The notes beneath the pieces are model-generated. The model was not told where the DNA came from. It did no database searches and saw nothing but the letters and a program-made list of their open reading frames with translations. Position numbers and translations under genes: made by a program. Positions 58,161-64,000 of a stretch of DNA of 64,000 nucleotides are shown piece by piece; the first letter of the stretch is position 1, and the number at the start of each line of letters is the position of its first letter. Where the stretch lies: NCBI GenBank assembly GCA_000165425.1, contig CT868585.1, positions 62,001 through 126,000 of the forward strand. The letters are read 5' to 3'. This DNA comes from Paramecium tetraurelia. Taxonomy: Eukaryota.

Positions 58161-58465
58161 AAATAATTTAATAAATAAATGAGAAGTCAAAGAATTAATA
58201 ATATAATTTCTTTCCTTATTTTTATTTACATTTTGAAATTTCACATTAACTTTGTTACTCATTAAATATTGTTGCAATCATTAATAAAACCAGGTTCTCC
58301 ATCAATTTTAGCTATAGAGATTAAATCTTTCTTTATAGTGTTTTACTATAAGCAAATTCAGCACTAACAATCAGTTATTGCCAGAAATAAAACGACTTTG
58401 TTAAAGTATTTCTGAAAATACAAAATTGACTTTTCAACTTTGATATAATTTTAGTAATTAATTTT

Positions 58466-59656
58466 ATGGAAGTCATCTATTGTTAGGACAAAGATCATAC
58501 TGGAAATCCACTAAATTTATTTTGTTTGGACAAAGAATGCCAAAATAAAGGTTTAATATGTTCCTTCTGTTTGTTAAACTGTCATTAAGAACATGTAAAT
58601 AACGTATTTCCTTTAAAAACAATCGTACAGAATCTTAATAAAGCAAATAATCCTAAAAACCAATAGGAATTGTATAACAAAGGGAACTAAATATTTGAGA
58701 AACATCATAAAATTAAACAAACCTTTCGATAAAATCTAATCCGAATCAAAGAGATTCTTAACAAATTAGAAAAAGAAATCGAAAAACAAATTAAAGTCTT
58801 AGACTTGGAGGCAGGTTTATTTGTTGGAGATGCTTTTGAAAAATCCATTTCCGTATTAAATAAGTAGAAATTACAAAAAGAATAAATTGAATAAGCTATC
58901 GAAAAAATTGAACCTCTGTTAAAGACTTGTGATGGACAGATTTGGATCCTTAGAGAATCAGAAATAAATCAGTCGGCTTAAAAGCTGATAAAAATAGCTG
59001 AGGTTATAGAAAGAGAAAGCAAATATTGGCTTGAGAAAGTACGTTATTTCTTAAATTTAAGTGTCTTCTCGATCTTAATAGGCTATATGAAACTTGTTAA
59101 AATCCAATTAAAAAATAAGTCAAAATACTTACTAGTTAAAACAGATATTAGTTGACATATGAGTAATGGAATTTAAAGGAAACTGATGCTATAAGTTTTA
59201 GATCCAAAAAGAAACATGATATATGGTTATCAGGAGTTGGCTTGTATGAAATTACAACTAGGTCTGGAATAACCACTTCTCATTTACGATTCAAGTATTT
59301 GAAGGTGCAAATGTCAATAGGTTTAGCATTGATTAATTGTATTTTTAGTAAAAAGGTCATTTATGAAGATACATTCGATGTATTACCAAACATAGATTAT
59401 TGCAATCACATAGGGAAAATGTGCTTTAATAAGGCTATTAAGATTGAATTTGATTAGCCCTACACTATAGGTATTATTTATTTCATATGAAGCACTTAAA
59501 CCAAATTAAAGTTGTTTAAGTTACTACGGCGCAAATGGTAAGTTAGAAACTGAGGAATTTCAATTTTCAGAACCTTCATTCACTCAAGAGTTTAGTGACA
59601 ATTCAACTACTATAAATTAACGGCGAGTCATACCACATTTCTATTATGAAGAATGA
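58466..59656 (+). CDS. B-box-like zinc finger + coiled coil + PHR-like domain protein
   Basis: N-terminal CQDKDH...FCLDKEC...ICSFCLLNCHQEH. C-terminal TDAISFRS...WLSGVGLY...IEFDQP...GANG...FQF...VIPHFYY follows the PHR domain pattern. Confidence 0.65.
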
Positions 59657-59974
59657 TATTAAACTTTTTATAAAAGTATTTGATTAATAGTATTATTTAT
59701 AATTTTTAATGTAAGGAATAATGAAAATATGAAAACAACTAAATACTAATCTCTCAGGATTAAAGTCAAATAATTGGATGAATAAAATCAATTAAGGGAG
59801 GGGAGGGTTGCTACACATAGAAAAAGTATACATATTTAAATAAAGTAATAGATTGCATTTACCCAAAGAGTTTAGAGTAGGATCAAATGTTTTTCATTTT
59901 TATAATATATAATATAAATGATATATAATATAATATTTACATATATATATGTTTATTTCGTTTTAAATAATATA

Positions 59975-60866
59975 ATGAATGTAATGGATTTGTTGAGAGA
60001 TAGAGCATAAGATATTCGGCAGTTGCAAAATAGTCAAATGGCAATTAGACAAATAAGTATTACTATTATTTGATTTTCTGAGTATAGGGAGAAGATTCGA
60101 CAGATAATTGAAACTGATTTCCTGAATCAACTATCTCAAGCAAAGAAGATTAGTAAAAATGATCTCATACTCTTACAAGAAACTCTGAGATTCATCATCA
60201 GAATCATCGCACTTAACTTCGAAGTTCTTTGTTAGAAATATATTATAGATCAATAATCTAGAAGCCAATTTTGGTTCAACAACTAGGATCATCTTTGAAC
60301 TATATCAATATTTTGGACTATCATCCAAAGCAGAATTGTTATAGAGTGAGAAGCCTAGCCAAAGCAAATAGTCAGTTTTTTTGAATTTAGTTCAACATCT
60401 TGTTGACATCACAAGGATGGCTTTAGAACTAACAATCAAGAGTTAAACCAATTTAAGACTGTACTGTTTAGGCAAGGAAATCGGAGAAAAGGGAGTTCCA
60501 AATAATAGCAAAGTGCCATTACTGAGGAGAGAGTAGAGAAGTGAGTCGAATCACCAGGACAAAGTCTATTAATCCAAAAAGTCCATTTAAAGGTTCGACT
60601 CGTAGCACATCTATGAATCTCTTCCAAAATCCCAAAGGACAATAGAAGAAACTCGACATTACTCAAGAGATACCTCAGCAGTTCGAAATCCTCAACAGAG
60701 GAAAACTGAGATCACCCAAAACAACAAAGCCTTGCCTTGTATTAATCAAATGAAATCGATTCAGCTTAGTTTATACCGATAACTAAAGTAGCGAAATTCT
60801 AGCATCCATAATTCAATATAGACATACATAAGACAAATTTACGATAAAAACACAATAACTGATTGA
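59975..60866 (+). CDS. Hypothetical low-complexity (S/Q/K-rich) protein
   Basis: ATG 59975 opens MNVMDLLRDRAQDIRQLQ, with a probable intron ~60057-60082 and a coding-like frame to TGA 60864-60866. Confidence 0.6.
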
Positions 60867-60874
60867 TTTAAATA

Positions 60875-63665
60875 TCACATTTCTACAACTCTCATAAATA
60901 CGTCCTCCAAAGTAGCTTAGCTTATTCCCCAATCTTAGATTCTCAGTTCTTCTTTCTTCGATTCTATGGACTGAAAAACTTCAGAAACTACTAATTAATT
61001 TTTCTCCACTTGGTAGATGAAGTTACCATTAAATTCTTACACAAGAAGGGCTTGGGGTAAAATACTTTTTAAATAGCTTTTTATCATATTTTAATAATAG
61101 TATTGGCTAAACTAAAATAATGTAATTACTTATGAGGATCATTATTCTTTTAAAGATAAAGTTCCTTATGGGAGCTAATGAACAGATGATAACCACCTCC
61201 ATAGATACTCTTTAAGTGTGTTGATTAGCCAATGCATCTAAGGACTCCAGAACTTATGATGCCAATCTACAATAGAATTCACATTATATAATTACTCTAG
61301 TACAAAGAACATCTGCTTCTTCCATTGAGTGAGTAGTAAGCACCATGGCTCTTTTGCCTTTACATTGAGATATAATGTCCCAAAGTTGCCTTCTATTATC
61401 AGGATCTAATCCAGTTGAGGGTTCATCCAGGAATATTATCAATGGTTCACCTACGAGTGCAATAGCTATTGAGAGTCTTCTCTTCATGCCACCTGATAGT
61501 TGATTTGCATAATAGTTGAAATAAGGTTCTAATTTGACTTCTGCCATGCTCTATTGCACTTTGGCACGCTCGTTCTGTTTGTCTATTCCTTTTAATCTAG
61601 CATAAGACAGTAAGTGTTCTTCAACAGTCAATTCTGGCCATAATAAATCAAATTAAGGACATACCCCAATATTCATCTGAACAGACTGCATATTAGTTTT
61701 AATGCTATATCCACCCACATAAGCTTCGCCATCATTACATGAATACAACCCAGTTATGGCTGATAAAATAGATGTTTTTCCAGCTCCATTTGGACCCAAC
61801 AATCCAAAGATTTCACCTTATTCAACTGCAATACAAAAACATTTAACAGCCACGTTATTTTAATAGGTTTTCCTCAAGTCCTTACAAATGAGTGGATAAT
61901 CCTCATAGTTTTTGATTTTGTACACCTTTTCCCTTTCGTTTTTAGAGTCTTAATCTTCTTGAGCATCTTGAATATTGATTTTGTATTCATCCTCATCTCT
62001 GAATTCTATTTTTCTCTTTTTGAAGAATCTAAAAATCCAAGGCTCACTTGAAACTCCAAATTCTTGTGGAATTATCTCATGAAGATAAACACCCAGAAGG
62101 CCAAATACAATGAAATTTACATAGAGTGAAATTATGCATCCTTATATCTCACTAGTCAAAGGACTTAATTAACTTATGCAACCTGTTTGAGCGCAAGCTG
62201 AAATAATAATGTATAGATTTACCCATTGAGAAGATGTAGACAATTCTGTTGAAGGCTATTTGGGGTATCATTTATAAATAGATTGGTATCTCATAGGGAT
62301 CTGGATAAATGGCGAGATTGGCAGTTAGTGCAATAATGGACCCCCAAACTGAGAGCAAATATCCAATAATGGTAGCTGTTCTGGCTTTGCTTACAAAGAC
62401 TTGGAAGAAAAACGACAATGAAATCTAGCACAATCCCCATCCAGTTAAGACAATGACCTAATAAGATATTGAAAATGATTACAAGAAGTTTGAAATTAGT
62501 ATCTGTAAGCAATGATATTCCTACCAGGTATATGCCTGTGAAGAGGAAGAGGGAGACAGGTTAATAGAGTCATCAATCCTGAGAATAGATATTACAATAT
62601 CCAATAATCCTTCATTTTCATTCCATTCATTTTCATCATCTGCAAGAGTCTCTCCTCCTTCTCCAGGACTATTGCATACAAAAAGACAGGGAGTAAGAGA
62701 GAAAGTGACAACGGATAGAGCATGGCTCCGAATGACATTGATCAATTTCAAGAGGAAAGCTTTTATCCTGTCCCTTGAGTGGCATGTATTCGATTCCGGA
62801 GACCAGCCAAACATTGGGGTTGTGATAATGCAGCAAAGCTCTGGAGATGAGATCGATGGTTGCTATTTACCCTTCGGCCACTAACATCATGGTGTTGGTT
62901 TTGTTGGGCTAGACCTTGTTTTGGTATCTAGAGAGAGGTTTGTTGATTGGGATTACCTTATCTTGGTTATGCCGTTGCTTCTGTGATACTCGTGCAATCT
63001 GATGTCATTTACTTGAATACTCATGTTGATCTTCTTTTCGTTAGCTTCGAAGAATGTGTATCCTCCGTCAGGAATTAGGTAGAGGTCTGACAAGTAATAT
63101 AAGATGCATACCTTGGAAGATCGGAGCCTCTCACAAAAGGCCACTGTGTGTAAATATTCTATTTGATGATAAATATCCTAATTTATTGTGCTATTGGGCT
63201 ACTATAGGAATGGCACGTTTTTAAATGCTAATTCATGGTCTTGTGTTTCGTAACTGCATCCCGGACGTTGGAGTATGTGTCGCAACAATCCAAGGGATCT
63301 TATTTTAATATGCACAATGCTTACTAATTTCCATCATTATAGCCCAAAAACTATTTGTCCTATTCTCGCAACTGGGAGCTGTTGAAGTAATACCTAGAAT
63401 AAAGTATCGTTTCGTACCATTGCAAACATGTCAAATTCAGTAATCCTGGCAATCCTGAGTATATGACAGGCACATTGAACAAATAGGGAAAATCCAATGA
63501 AAAATTGGCTCCTTTGAATTGGTCGAATGCCACCTCCTAAATCAAATATACAAATCCTAGACACAAGAGGGGAGTGAACATCTAACATAGATTGGTCCCA
63601 ATCTAGCGAGATTATAGAGCAGCATTTTTATAAAATAAAGCTCTAAATTAATAACTCTTCTTCAT
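60875..63665 (-). CDS. ABCA-family half transporter (one TMD + one NBD)
   Basis: [104 protein letters not shown]; many tiny introns. Confidence 0.93.
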
Positions 63666-63768
63666 TTAATTTAATATGCACTCTAACAATTACAAATCTA
63701 ACTTAAAGAACGATTTCAACGAATATTATTCTGGCCAATCAAACTCAACGCTTCCCAGATTTCAATTA

Positions 63769-64000
63769 ATGAAGGAATTGTGTAAGGGTGGGGAATAGAT
63801 GCATGAATTCATTCCATTCATTCGAGAACGGGATCAGATGAATCGTTTGGTTCGCATCAATTCAGAGAAACATAAATTGCACACCAACACTTCCAGATCC
63901 CCCTCCAATAGAAATTGCACTCCTGATCAATTTTGGCAATACAACAAAAATCACATCATCCCAGAGAAGAGAAAAAAGATGAGCTTCAAATTCAACTATC
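63769..64000 (+). CDS. 5' part of a hypothetical protein running off the window
   Basis: TGA-free frame MKELCKGGEQMHEFIPFIRERDQMNRLVRIN... continues to the window end. Confidence 0.4.

Noticed and set aside
59796..59808. GGGAGGGGAGGG in an AT-rich intergenic region, possible G-quadruplex or telomere seed
   Set aside because: Only three G-runs, and not the Paramecium TT(T/G)GGG telomere repeat.

Overview
This is AT-rich, gene-dense eukaryotic DNA from a ciliate macronuclear chromosome, most likely Paramecium. TAA/TAG read as Gln (genetic code 6, TGA the only stop), introns are about 23-29 nt GT..AG, and many intergenic gaps are under 50 nt, so the supplied standard-code ORF track is fragmented or antisense shadow. 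Re-read in code 6, the window holds about 22 genes. They are: a mitochondrial carrier, a ~5,000-aa coiled-coil giant, a LamG/furin-repeat/REJ polycystin-like receptor, a decayed myosin, a secreted acidic protein, an EF-hand protein, VPS29, FCP1, a histidine-kinase-like membrane protein, a CFAP20-domain protein, SAC3/GANP, KAE1, two P2B-type Ca-ATPases, an RCC1 protein, SmD1, a B-box/PHR protein, an ABCA transporter and several hypotheticals. The giant is built from 6.2 near-identical 2,064-bp (688-codon) units, each carrying nine 'KLFR...KQKAI.EEL' modules. The most unusual items are this hierarchical repeat protein (Sfi1-like spacing without the Trp) and a PMCA paralogue whose ion-binding PEGL motif is replaced in register by SKAL while its catalytic motifs stay intact. 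All translations and family calls were made by eye; the assembly shows scattered single-base indels, probably long-read errors.
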